Shown piece after piece: positions 24,113 to 33,932 of a stretch of 64,000 nucleotides of DNA. How positions within the stretch are numbered: the stretch's first letter is position 1; each line of letters starts with the position of its first letter. This stretch comes from Takakia lepidozioides. Its lineage: Eukaryota > Plantae > Bryophyta. Where the stretch lies: positions 65,100,001-65,164,000 of the forward strand of contig CM060731.1 in assembly GCA_030704615.1 (NCBI GenBank), in the 5' to 3' direction. Position numbers and translations under genes: made by a program. The notes beneath the pieces were generated by a model. That model worked only from the letters and a program-made list of their open reading frames with translations, had not been told where the DNA came from and made no database searches.

Positions 24113-26316
24113 TGTAGTGTGAAAAGAAGGGGCGTGGATCCCCTTCTGTATAATTCCAATTGTGCTCCCCTCCATTTGTTTGCGGAGTAAGAGGAAAGAA
24201 GCGTTCTTTCTAATCTGTCCAACTGTCGTCACTTGGCTGTGGGTTTCCCTCAGCTCCTCCGTGATCAGAGTTCAATGCAATCCTCATCCACGCCGCAGCG
24301 GAAGGGAAGACATAGATGAGGATGTCAATTTGTTGTTCTCTCTTGGTTCTACCTTTCACCCAACATCCCCTATCAGCAGGTACAGCACCAGCTAGGCTGG
24401 TGCGATGTATTCAGTGATGCAAATCAGCCCAATGGCAGCGGTAAACACGATCCTTTATGTGGAGCCCACTTGAGCAGTGACAGGTCGGAAATCCCCTTTT
24501 TGTAGTGTTGACACAGGTTTAGGAGGAGGCAGCTCAGATCTTCATGGTCTGCAGGGGCACTGGTTTCTTTCAGGTTTTCTTCATCTCATCTCCCCAAATT
24601 GGGCAAACCCCCCACCCAACAGCCCCTTAGAATCTGCAGCTCTCTCTCCTTGCCCAAATCCCATTTTTCACTCTCTCTCTCTCTCTCTCTCTTTCTTTTC
24701 CCTTTTTGTCTGTTTCACTATCTGGTTTATGTCCCCAGGTTCCCCACTATTTCACAGCAGCAGATCTGTCATGTAATGTGAATGCACACGCTGCTAGGCA
24801 TCCAGTGCGGCCAGCCTTGAAGTCATCCTCGGTCTCTCAAGACACAACCATCCCATCCATTTGTCTCTCTCTCTTTTTCTCTCTCTTGTCCCCCCTTTCA
24901 ATGACCCATCGCTCAAACAGCTCTCATCCTTTTTCTTTGTCAGACTTCAACCCAAATACCCCAACATCCCTCTTTTCCCTTCAACTGTGGAACGCAGTTG
25001 TTCAGATCCTGATCCCATAGTGAAATCACCTTATCCTTTCCATGTTTTTTTGCAACTCCAGCTAACTATCATTGATCTCTCCAAACAAACAAGAAAGATC
25101 TACATTGGTTCCAGGTTATCACTACACACGGCAGCATGGTGTCCAGGTTTATGATACTGAATCAAATGCAAGAATGAAGACAACAGTGACCATTCTGAAT
25201 TCAGTGACGAGCAGGCTCTCTCTTTCTCTCTCTCTTCACTTATTTCTCTCACTGTCATCACAGCATCAGGTGCATCCATCCTTTCCACGTTCTGGTCTGA
25301 AGTCCAGAGTCTCCATTCCCATTTCAAAAACTTTTTCTTGTCACATCTCTACCTTCTTTCTTCTGCCAAGATGGCAGTCCTAAATCTACCAAAGCAAGTT
25401 CTAAGTCCTAACCAAAAGAAGCCACTGTTCATCGACTTATCTGTTTTTATCCACTAGTGAAGCGGCGGGTCTGCCTGTCAAGGTGGCACCTTGCCATCGC
25501 CCGTCAGCAGCCACTTCAACCCTTTCTCTTTGTCTTGATTCCAGACCTTATGACGCCATGATGGCTCCCCTTCTTCACTTGGACCATCCTGTGGCCTGTC
25601 AACCAGATTACACTATGCAATTCTTCCTCTCGAATTGGCCTGGTCCTATAACAAGGAGACACAAAGCAGCTAGAAGCTTAATGACAGAGAACCTGAGATA
25701 CCATGTAGCCAGAACTCCACATGCTTTACCTTCCCCCCCATTGATTGTGCCCAGACCCTCTTTCCTGTGCTTTCAGCAGCTGGCCTTTTCCTTGCTTGCT
25801 CATCTGCCCATAACTATCATCTTCAAGGCACTGGCGGCAGTGGTGGTGCGCCGCTTTCCTTAGATGCTTCTATCTCTTGGAATTGATCATTACTACGAGA
25901 GAGGCGGCACCGCTTCTTTCTACACAGAATACCAAGCAGAGGCCTCTTAATGCCGCTTCCTAAGCCAAGCAAGATCCCACCGCGCAGGTACACCTCCTAA
26001 CACAGGCTGCCCTGCCGACACCACTGCTTGCAACAGCCGCTACGATCCATCCGTCATCTTCCTCTTCGTTTTTCTCAACCCGTGATCTTTTAGGTCAAGA
26101 ACCAGTGATGAAAACGTTCATCGCATGGATGAAAATGTGTACCGTCATGACTTAGCCATTTTCTCCTGGCAAAGCATAAGTTGAGTGTGCTCATGAAATT
26201 ACCTATATGAAGGGATACATCCTTTCTGCAGTTTGGGATGACGGGCACTCCGTCATAGTGATGTAGGTCGTAATGGTATACATATGTAATGTTCTGTTCC
26301 CTGCATTCACACTACA
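24113..26316 (-). repeat. 3' LTR of element C (~2.2 kb) with 10-bp inverted ends TGTAGTGTGA/TCACACTACA
   Basis: Inverted termini; match to the 5' LTR; PPT AAAAAGGGAGA at 26328-26338. Confidence 0.88.
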
Positions 26317-26336
26317 TATGTAGTGTGTCTCCCTTT

Positions 26337-29300
26337 TTAAGTGTCAGGGTCCTCACTGACCACCTTCACTGGCTGATCACACACTGGTGGTAAGAAGGGT
26401 TTCAAGTCCCTCCTACTTCTTGTCCATTCCTTGTTTGCCCCATCTCTTAGCCTGCATCTGCGTGCAGCTTCCCCTATCCTTGTGGTGTTTCCTGCATCTT
26501 TGTACCCCAAAAAGTCATAAGGTCCCTCCCATGGAGATGTCATGGAAGATCTCTTTCCAGGCCTCAACATCATAACCTTGCTGTTTTCCATCAACTTGCA
26601 GTAGGTATGCCCAGTTTGATGCCTCCTTTCATAATCCCTTGCCTGCTGCCGCTGCCCTTTCTTCACCCTTTTTCGCAGCTTTGCCTTCATCTGTGTGAGA
26701 AGCTGGATTTTCTGCTGCATCATAAGTGTGACCTCTGCTACAGATCCATCAGAATTTACTGGTGTTGTAAGAAAATGCAACCTGTTGTCAATTCCCAGCC
26801 TTGGAATTCTACCAGTAAGTACCTGAAAAGGTGAGAATCCAGTGGAAGCATGGACACCCATTCTGTAACCAAACAGGGCCTTATAGAGATTCTGATCCCA
26901 TTCAGTGTCGTTTCCAACTCCTAGGGTGGTGATGCTCTGTTTGAGAGACTTAATGACCCTTTCCACCATACCGTTACACTGAGGCCAGTAGGGGGCGCTA
27001 TGCTCCCTCTTTATACCGTATTCGTGGCATGTAATTTCAAACTCACCTCCCCACTCTGTGCCATTGTCAGTGAGCAATGTATGTGGACAGCTATACCTGT
27101 CAATTACTTCTTCCTCAAGAAAGCGGGCAGCAAGGGCTGCTGTATGATCTGCCACTGGTGCAGCTTCTATCCATTTTGAGAAGTGATCGATTGCCACAAA
27201 AAAATACTGATTGCCCCTGCTGGTTATAGGTAATGGTCCTGCCGTGTCAATTGCAACTCTGAAAAACAGATCTACTACTGGAATGCTGTGAAGTTTTGAG
27301 CTACCTGAGCGCAACACTCCGTTCTGTTTGGCCATCTGACATTTACCACAGCCCTTGAGAACTTTCCTGATGAGTTTTGTTCTATCATGCCAGAAATAAC
27401 GTCGGCATATCTCCTCTTGAGTTCTTCTGACTCCAAAGTGGCCAGTGGCTTCATGTACTTCAGTGATTATAGCCCCTCTGTCAGTTCTTGGTGGAACTAC
27501 CCTTCCATCAAAGTAGACCTCACCTTTGAGATAGGAGTACTGCCTTGCCCGCCTCTTGGCTCTCGTGCTCTCCTCTTTTGTCAGGTAGTCATTGACTTCT
27601 CCAAAACATAAGAGGTGCATGACTTCCACATCATCAAGCACATCAGGTTGCCTTTCCTCCTTAACAGCTGCTGTATGCTGGTCAGAGCTGATGAGAGAGC
27701 TTTTCCCCCATCTTTCAGCCTCACGTAATAATGACATCTGAGTAGCTTTGGTGGGTGCGGTCCATGGTACCCAGTCCCCTTCATCAATCTTGTTGCAAGA
27801 AGAAGTGTCTGGTTCTGAACCACTTGTTCCATTACTGTCTGAAGAACAAAACGTTTTAGTGGAACACTCACCCCCCATGTTTTCCTTGGCTGGGCATTCT
27901 GATGAGGAAGTCACCCGCGTTCTTCTTGTAGTTGGAGTGCTTGTCAAGTCTTGAAGGAATGGTGTCTCCCGCAAGCTTCCCTTTTCATTGTTCGACCTCT
28001 CTTCCACAAGTTCACAGGCTGGATGTACCTCGCTCAGCTCCTTATCACGAGCACGAGATCCTCGGGTAATCACATGGATGGTGGGACAAGAGGGCATCAG
28101 ATGCTCCCCTTCCTCGTTGCTGATTGCAGTAGCCTCTTTCCTTCCTGCACCCTTATCCTTCCAAATACCCTCCCTTACCAGATTGACAGAGCGTGATTGA
28201 TCAATACCCTTTCCTTGTTTTTTTGTAGCAAAAGTCTGTGCAGCAAAAGTCACCCTCTTTCCTTCTCCATCTGGCATTATGCCTGGTTTCAGTTCTCCCT
28301 TCAATATGCCATGATCCTTGGTCAACATTCTACCTGTGGAAGGTCTTACTATGCCCGGAACGAACTCAAATGAAAAGTCACCAAGTAAGTCTATGCCTAT
28401 GTGGTGCTCTGAGTACAGCCACCAATATGGATCTAGATCTGTTTCCAAAGAAAAATGACTTCCCAACAGTATTTTCTTGAAGTGCCAAAGGCCCCATACA
28501 CATGCATAGTACTCTTCTCTTTTGCAAATCATCTCCCCTTTTTCACTGCTATACCCTACTTGCCTATGAGCTTCTTCTCTCAACTCCTCCTTACCCTCCT
28601 TAAATTGAAATAACGAAGCATTGATGGCACCCCTATCCCAAGCTAGCTTAAGAAGATAGGCTCCATCCCTCTTTCTCCCTTCTCTTTTCTGACTGTATAG
28701 AGAAGTAGAGTATACCTCGATTTCCTCGGTTTCCTCAGCTGGTCCCACTGGATACCTGCTTAGTGCATCTACGTTAGCATGCCTAGCACCTGCTCTGTGA
28801 ACAATTTTAAACTCAAAATCTTGTAACATCATGATCCATCTACCCCTGCGTCCATATGCGTCACTTACTGTTGCCAACCACTCCAGAGGTTTGTGATCAG
28901 TCCTGATTACAAAAGGGGTTCCATACAGGTACTGCCGAAAGTGTAATACTCCCCACACCAGGGCATAGCATTCACCTTCCATAGGGTGATATTTGCGCTG
29001 AGCATCAGATAGTACCTTACTAGCGTATGCAATGACCCTCTCCTTTTTATACTCCTTTTGTGACAAGACTGCTCCTACTCCTTTGATGGACCAGTCAACA
29101 TCTAAGACGAACGGTCTTGAGAAATCTGGTCTTGCCAGGATGGGAGCAGTTACCAACTTCACCTGTAAGGCAGAAAAGGCGTTTTGTGCCTCTGCACTCC
29201 AGATAAACTTCACATCCTTCTTGGTTAGAGTGAACAAGGGTACTGCCACTCCAGCATATCCCTTGACATAGGGCCTATAGTACCCTGTCATGCCTAAGTA

Positions 29301-32300
29301 GCTTTTGAGAGCAGTGTGGTTTTTGGGCAAGGGAAACCTTTCAATAGCTGCTATCTTATCTGGATCAGGCCACGTTCCCTCTTCAGAGATCACATGCCCA
29401 AGGAATACCAACTGTAAGTTGGCAAAGTAACACTTGTCTGGATTGAGCCTAAGATTGGCCTTTCTAACCTTGCTCAATACTCTCTTTATATGTCCCACGT
29501 GATCTCCCCAGTCCTTGCTATGGATATTGACGTCATCTACAAACACCTTAGCGCAATCTTTGATTTCTTCCTTGAGCACTCTATTCATTGTTCTCTGAAA
29601 GGTAGCAGTGGCATTTTTTAGCCCGAATGGCATGACCAGCCATTCATACAATCCCTTCTTTGTGATCACCGCTGTTTTGCCTATGTCTCGGTCGTCCATT
29701 TTGATCTGCCAAAAACCAGATTGTAAATCCAGCGCAGAAAACCACTTGGCTTTCCCCAACTGGTTTAAAACATCCTGAATTAATGGCATAGGGTAAGAGT
29801 CCCTTCTGGTTAAACGGTTTACTGGCCTAAAATCACCACAAAACCGCTTGGATCCATCCTTTTTTGGTGGAAGGGTAACTGGACACGACCATTCTGAGCT
29901 ACTCTCTCTCATCTTGCCTTGTGAGATCAAAGTCTCAATTTGTCCTTGGACCTCGTCTTCCTCCCATTCTGATAGGCGGCTGGGACGACTTCTGCAAGGG
30001 GGAAAACCTTGTGTGTCAATTGTGTGTTCTACCTCACTGCAGTATCCCAAGTCAGCCTTGCTAAGAGCAAAGCATTCCTGGTTTGCTTTCAGCTCTTGCT
30101 CAAGCTCTATCCTATGTTCTGGGGCCAGTTCTGGGTTGATGTGCAGTCTGGATTTCAGACTTCTCCAACGACTCTCCATTTCTTCCTCTTGACTGGGTTC
30201 CCAATTCCTTCCCTCCACCTGGCTTACAGAGTTAGCCATTCTCTGACGTTCCTCTTCTGTGACAACCTGATTCCAATCATGGAAGTCATCCTCTATTTCT
30301 AGGTTGTTGTTCCCTAGTTCACCATTCCAAGCTTTCTGATAAGCTTCCTGTATTATGGCAGCAGCCATGCTCTTATGGGTCTCTTCCTGAAGGAGTTCAG
30401 ACATCCCTTGGTCCTCGAACAAGTCCTCCCCTAGGTTGACATCGTCTATCATTTCCTCAACATCCCTCAGTGCTGTTTCTACCTCCTTACTCTCCTCAGA
30501 GCCTCCCATCTCCTCATCTTTATCAGATTTAGAGGTGTCAGAACCTGAGGATGCTTCCTCCGTGTCCTCATATTCTTCCTCTGGTTTTCTTTTCTTCTCC
30601 CACAAGCCTAGGTACTGTTCATCTGACGTCAGGGTTAGGACATTACCTGCTGACGTACTGCTTGCATATCTCATTCTACTCTCGACCCCTCTATGGTAGG
30701 CTGTTTTGGTAACTGCAGGCTCATTATAATTGATGGTGTGCAAAGGGAAGTGAGCAAAATCCTTTCCTGGCCCATAGCGTACGCGAATTGTTTCAGCTTC
30801 GGTGTCCACTACAGCGCCAAACTTTTTGAGAAAGTCCAATCCTAGCAGCATGTGATATGTATCCGTGTTTACCACCATAAAGGACAAACGATTGGTTAGT
30901 TCTCCTACTTTGACCTTGATGTCCTCAAGTCTGCCCATTGCAGTCTCAAGAGCACCTGAGGCTACTCTGTAATTCACATCCTTACTAGTAATGACAGATC
31001 CCATCAAACCCAGATCCCTGACTGTACTAGCTGATATTACAGAAAGCATGGCACCAGTGTCAATCTGGCCTAATACTTGGTAATCTCCCATTGTAATCAT
31101 TACATGAAGCGCTTTAACCTTACCAGTATAAGCATACGAGATCGTGGGCTCAGCGTGTGCTGAGTACAAAGGCCTTGGTACATCCTTCACAACTTCTACA
31201 CTGTGAGTTGTCTCCCTTTGTTGTACCATTGCTCTTTCCACCACTTTGACCAGCCCTTTCAATTTGTCTAGCTCTCCGGGCACAGTCATGATTAGGTCCA
31301 TGGGCGACAACGATATTCTCCCTTTGTAGAAGTGGTTCAAGATTCTGGATTTCGTACCTCCTTCTATAGCATTCTTGAAATTGTTCTTTGGGTAGATTTC
31401 ACTCTTGGTCTTGCTTGGCTGTTCACTGCTCTCACTATTCCTTTCTGGTGACCCTGTAGGTTCAACAATCGGACTCTGGACAGGTATGCGTGTCCTTGGA
31501 AGTCTGACTTCATTGATACTATTTCGTGACATCAGATCTGTCATCTCTGCGAGTACATCATCCTCATCATCATAGAACACGTCTACAAAGTTAGTTCCCG
31601 GAGTTCCCATCATAGTTTGGTCGAGTTTTCTACTGCACTCACTCTCCGTATGCCCGAGTAGCTTGCAAAAGTTGCATCTCACACCACACATTTCCGTGGA
31701 ATGCCCGAACCGGTGACATTTGTCACACTTAGCTGGGGTTCTTCCTTCAGGACAATATGCAGCTATGTGACCTTCTTTGTGACAAACATTACAAAGGCGA
31801 ACACGAGGTGGTGTTCTAGATCCCGAGCTTTCTCCTATGACTGGTCCCCTATCAAAGTACTTCTGTAGGGTAGTGTTCAGCTGATCAAGTCTTCTGTCCA
31901 CAGGGTTGACAAACACAACTGACTCATCTGTATCATCTCCTTCCAATGGTTCTAGAGGTATTTCCCCTAACTTTCCCAGGCCCCTTTCAATCTCAATGGC
32001 TGTGTCAAGTGCTTCCTCTACATCAAGGAAGCGCCTGCCCAGCATTACTCTTGCTATTTCTGGTCTCAAACCTGCTGCAAATCTACGTCTCTGTTCCAAA
32101 TCAGACGCCCCACTTCTTATAAATAACCGGTTCAACCTATCGAAGTATGTTTGAACCCTTTGTCTACTCTCCTGTTTAATGGTATCCATTCTTAGCCTAA
32201 TTTCTGCCAAGTCAACGATACCAAACTTGGCTGAAATTGCTGCCCTAAAGTCCACCCAGTTGTTTGGTCTAGGGTTTTGTTTACGGTACCATTCATCAGC

Positions 32301-32453
32301 CTTGGCTCTCAGGTTGAGCCTTGCTACCTTGAAAGTTTTGTCCTCATTCAAATCCCTGACATCTGCCTCCATCTGAATCCTCTCCAGCCAGTCATTTACA
32401 TCCTCACTATTCCTACCATGATAAGGCGCATCTATGCTGGTTGGACTGGTCAT
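26337..32453 (-). CDS. gag-pol: Intact gag-pol polyprotein, 2038 aa (gag, three CCHC knuckles, PR, RT, RNase H, degenerate second RNase H, IN)
   Basis: IDTGA, FVDD, LDVDWS..E..TDH, HHCC, DTAG..TDNG..ERV, GPY; no chromodomain. Confidence 0.97.
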   Translation of the reverse strand: MTSPTSIDAPYHGRNSEDVNDWLERIQMEADVRDLNEDKTFKVARLNLRAKADEWYRKQNPRPNNWVDFRAAISAKFGIVDLAEIRLRMDTIKQESRQRVQTYFDRLNRLFIRSGASDLEQRRRFAAGLRPEIARVMLGRRFLDVEEALDTAIEIERGLGKLGEIPLEPLEGDDTDESVVFVNPVDRRLDQLNTTLQKYFDRGPVIGESSGSRTPPRVRLCNVCHKEGHIAAYCPEGRTPAKCDKCHRFGHSTEMCGVRCNFCKLLGHTESECSRKLDQTMMGTPGTNFVDVFYDDEDDVLAEMTDLMSRNSINEVRLPRTRIPVQSPIVEPTGSPERNSESSEQPSKTKSEIYPKNNFKNAIEGGTKSRILNHFYKGRISLSPMDLIMTVPGELDKLKGLVKVVERAMVQQRETTHSVEVVKDVPRPLYSAHAEPTISYAYTGKVKALHVMITMGDYQVLGQIDTGAMLSVISASTVRDLGLMGSVITSKDVNYRVASGALETAMGRLEDIKVKVGELTNRLSFMVVNTDTYHMLLGLDFLKKFGAVVDTEAETIRVRYGPGKDFAHFPLHTINYNEPAVTKTAYHRGVESRMRYASSTSAGNVLTLTSDEQYLGLWEKKRKPEEEYEDTEEASSGSDTSKSDKDEEMGGSEESKEVETALRDVEEMIDDVNLGEDLFEDQGMSELLQEETHKSMAAAIIQEAYQKAWNGELGNNNLEIEDDFHDWNQVVTEEERQRMANSVSQVEGRNWEPSQEEEMESRWRSLKSRLHINPELAPEHRIELEQELKANQECFALSKADLGYCSEVEHTIDTQGFPPCRSRPSRLSEWEEDEVQGQIETLISQGKMRESSSEWSCPVTLPPKKDGSKRFCGDFRPVNRLTRRDSYPMPLIQDVLNQLGKAKWFSALDLQSGFWQIKMDDRDIGKTAVITKKGLYEWLVMPFGLKNATATFQRTMNRVLKEEIKDCAKVFVDDVNIHSKDWGDHVGHIKRVLSKVRKANLRLNPDKCYFANLQLVFLGHVISEEGTWPDPDKIAAIERFPLPKNHTALKSYLGMTGYYRPYVKGYAGVAVPLFTLTKKDVKFIWSAEAQNAFSALQVKLVTAPILARPDFSRPFVLDVDWSIKGVGAVLSQKEYKKERVIAYASKVLSDAQRKYHPMEGECYALVWGVLHFRQYLYGTPFVIRTDHKPLEWLATVSDAYGRRGRWIMMLQDFEFKIVHRAGARHANVDALSRYPVGPAEETEEIEVYSTSLYSQKREGRKRDGAYLLKLAWDRGAINASLFQFKEGKEELREEAHRQVGYSSEKGEMICKREEYYACVWGLWHFKKILLGSHFSLETDLDPYWWLYSEHHIGIDLLGDFSFEFVPGIVRPSTGRMLTKDHGILKGELKPGIMPDGEGKRVTFAAQTFATKKQGKGIDQSRSVNLVREGIWKDKGAGRKEATAISNEEGEHLMPSCPTIHVITRGSRARDKELSEVHPACELVEERSNNEKGSLRETPFLQDLTSTPTTRRTRVTSSSECPAKENMGGECSTKTFCSSDSNGTSGSEPDTSSCNKIDEGDWVPWTAPTKATQMSLLREAERWGKSSLISSDQHTAAVKEERQPDVLDDVEVMHLLCFGEVNDYLTKEESTRAKRRARQYSYLKGEVYFDGRVVPPRTDRGAIITEVHEATGHFGVRRTQEEICRRYFWHDRTKLIRKVLKGCGKCQMAKQNGVLRSGSSKLHSIPVVDLFFRVAIDTAGPLPITSRGNQYFFVAIDHFSKWIEAAPVADHTAALAARFLEEEVIDRYSCPHTLLTDNGTEWGGEFEITCHEYGIKREHSAPYWPQCNGMVERVIKSLKQSITTLGVGNDTEWDQNLYKALFGYRMGVHASTGFSPFQVLTGRIPRLGIDNRLHFLTTPVNSDGSVAEVTLMMQQKIQLLTQMKAKLRKRVKKGQRQQARDYERRHQTGHTYCKLMENSKVMMLRPGKRSSMTSPWEGPYDFLGYKDAGNTTRIGEAARRCRLRDGANKEWTRSRRDLKPFLPPVCDQPVKVVSEDPDT

Positions 32454-32524
32454 CCTTCTATTCTCTAGTCAAAGTTCAAACTGTTTCAACACCTAATTCT
32501 GACTCTAATTTTCCCGCAACTCCC

Positions 32525-32848
32525 TTAATGTTGACCTCTATACCACTCCCACTGTCCATTTCGCAACATCTCTACTCTACCTCCCCATGTCACCTCTCGT
32601 GCCATGGTATTTATCTTCACCCACCTTCCTAACTCTCTTATCCAAAGTGCTATGGTTGTTCTTCCACCAGTATGTATCACTCTAAGACATAAATCACCAT
32701 TCGCTATTCTCCAAGCAGGGTTGAAGAAGTACAAACAAGGGTCTGCGTGTGCATTTGGTGTGCGTCTGCTGAAGCAAATCAGCACATCTCCAATGCTTGG
32801 TTCATCAGGAATCAGTGTGTGGTCTCTTCCTGCCATCAAACCATCCAA
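32525..32848 (-). CDS. 107-aa upstream ORF between PBS and gag of element C
   Basis: Sense-strand ORF with globular-looking composition, filling most of the leader; the track's first codon is TTG, with an in-frame ATG four codons later. Confidence 0.45.
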   Translation of the reverse strand: MDGLMAGRDHTLIPDEPSIGDVLICFSRRTPNAHADPCLYFFNPAWRIANGDLCLRVIHTGGRTTIALWIRELGRWVKINTMAREVTWGGRVEMLRNGQWEWYRGQH

Positions 32849-32895
32849 TACCAGTCAAGATCCCTAGCTAGTAGAAATCAAGATTTAACAACGTA

Positions 32896-32907
32896 GCTCT
32901 GATACCA
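32896..32907 (-). promoter_or_regulatory. Primer-binding site, tRNA-iMet (TGGTATCAGAGC)
   Basis: Canonical plant iMet PBS abutting the 5' LTR. Confidence 0.95.
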
Positions 32908-33432
32908 AAAGAAGGGGCGTGAATCCCCTTCTGTATAATTCCAATTGTGCTCCCCTCCATTTGTTTGCGGAGTAAGAGGAAAGAAGCGTTCTTTCTAATC
33001 TGTCCAACTGTCGTCACTTGGCTGTGGGTTTCCCTCAGCTCCTCCGTGATCAGAGTTCAATGCAATCCTCATCCACGCCGCAGCGGAAGGGAAGACATAG
33101 ATGAGGATGTCAATTTGTTGTTCTCTCTTGGTTCTACCTTTCACCCAACATCCCCTATCAGCAGGTACAGCACCAGCTAGGCTGGTGCGATGTATTCAGT
33201 GATGCAAATCAGCCCAATGGCAGCGGTAAACACGATCCTTTATGTGAAGCCCACTTGAGCAGTGACAGGTCGGAAATCCCCTTTTTGTAGTGGTGACACA
33301 GATTTAGGAGGAGGCAGCTCAGATCTTCATGGTCTGCAGGGGCACTGGTTTCTTTCAGGTTTTCTTCATCTCATCTCCCCAAATTGGCCAAACCCCCCAC
33401 CCAACAGCCCCTTAGAATCTGCAGCTCTCTCC

Positions 33433-33932
33433 NNNNNNNNNNNNNNNNNNNNNNNNNNNNNNNNNNNNNNNNNNNNNNNNNNNNNNNNNNNNNNNNNNNN
33501 NNNNNNNNNNNNNNNNNNNNNNNNNNNNNNNNNNNNNNNNNNNNNNNNNNNNNNNNNNNNNNNNNNNNNNNNNNNNNNNNNNNNNNNNNNNNNNNNNNNN
33601 NNNNNNNNNNNNNNNNNNNNNNNNNNNNNNNNNNNNNNNNNNNNNNNNNNNNNNNNNNNNNNNNNNNNNNNNNNNNNNNNNNNNNNNNNNNNNNNNNNNN
33701 NNNNNNNNNNNNNNNNNNNNNNNNNNNNNNNNNNNNNNNNNNNNNNNNNNNNNNNNNNNNNNNNNNNNNNNNNNNNNNNNNNNNNNNNNNNNNNNNNNNN
33801 NNNNNNNNNNNNNNNNNNNNNNNNNNNNNNNNNNNNNNNNNNNNNNNNNNNNNNNNNNNNNNNNNNNNNNNNNNNNNNNNNNNNNNNNNNNNNNNNNNNN
33901 NNNNNNNNNNNNNNNNNNNNNNNNNNNNNNNN
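33433..33932. other. Assembly gap (500 N)
   Basis: Run of N beginning in the CT-rich tract of the LTR. Confidence 1.

Larger units (their letters stand above)
24113..33432 (-). mobile_element. Young non-chromo Ty3/gypsy element C (5' LTR runs into the gap)
   Basis: LTR pair 24122-24647 vs 32907-33432 differs at about 5 positions; PBS, PPT and intact gag-pol present. Confidence 0.96.

Noticed and set aside
32525-32848. Homology of element C's upstream ORF (EPSIGDVLI) to the MULE accessory ORF (EPVMGDIMV)
   Set aside because: Only one short motif; cannot be distinguished from chance without a profile search
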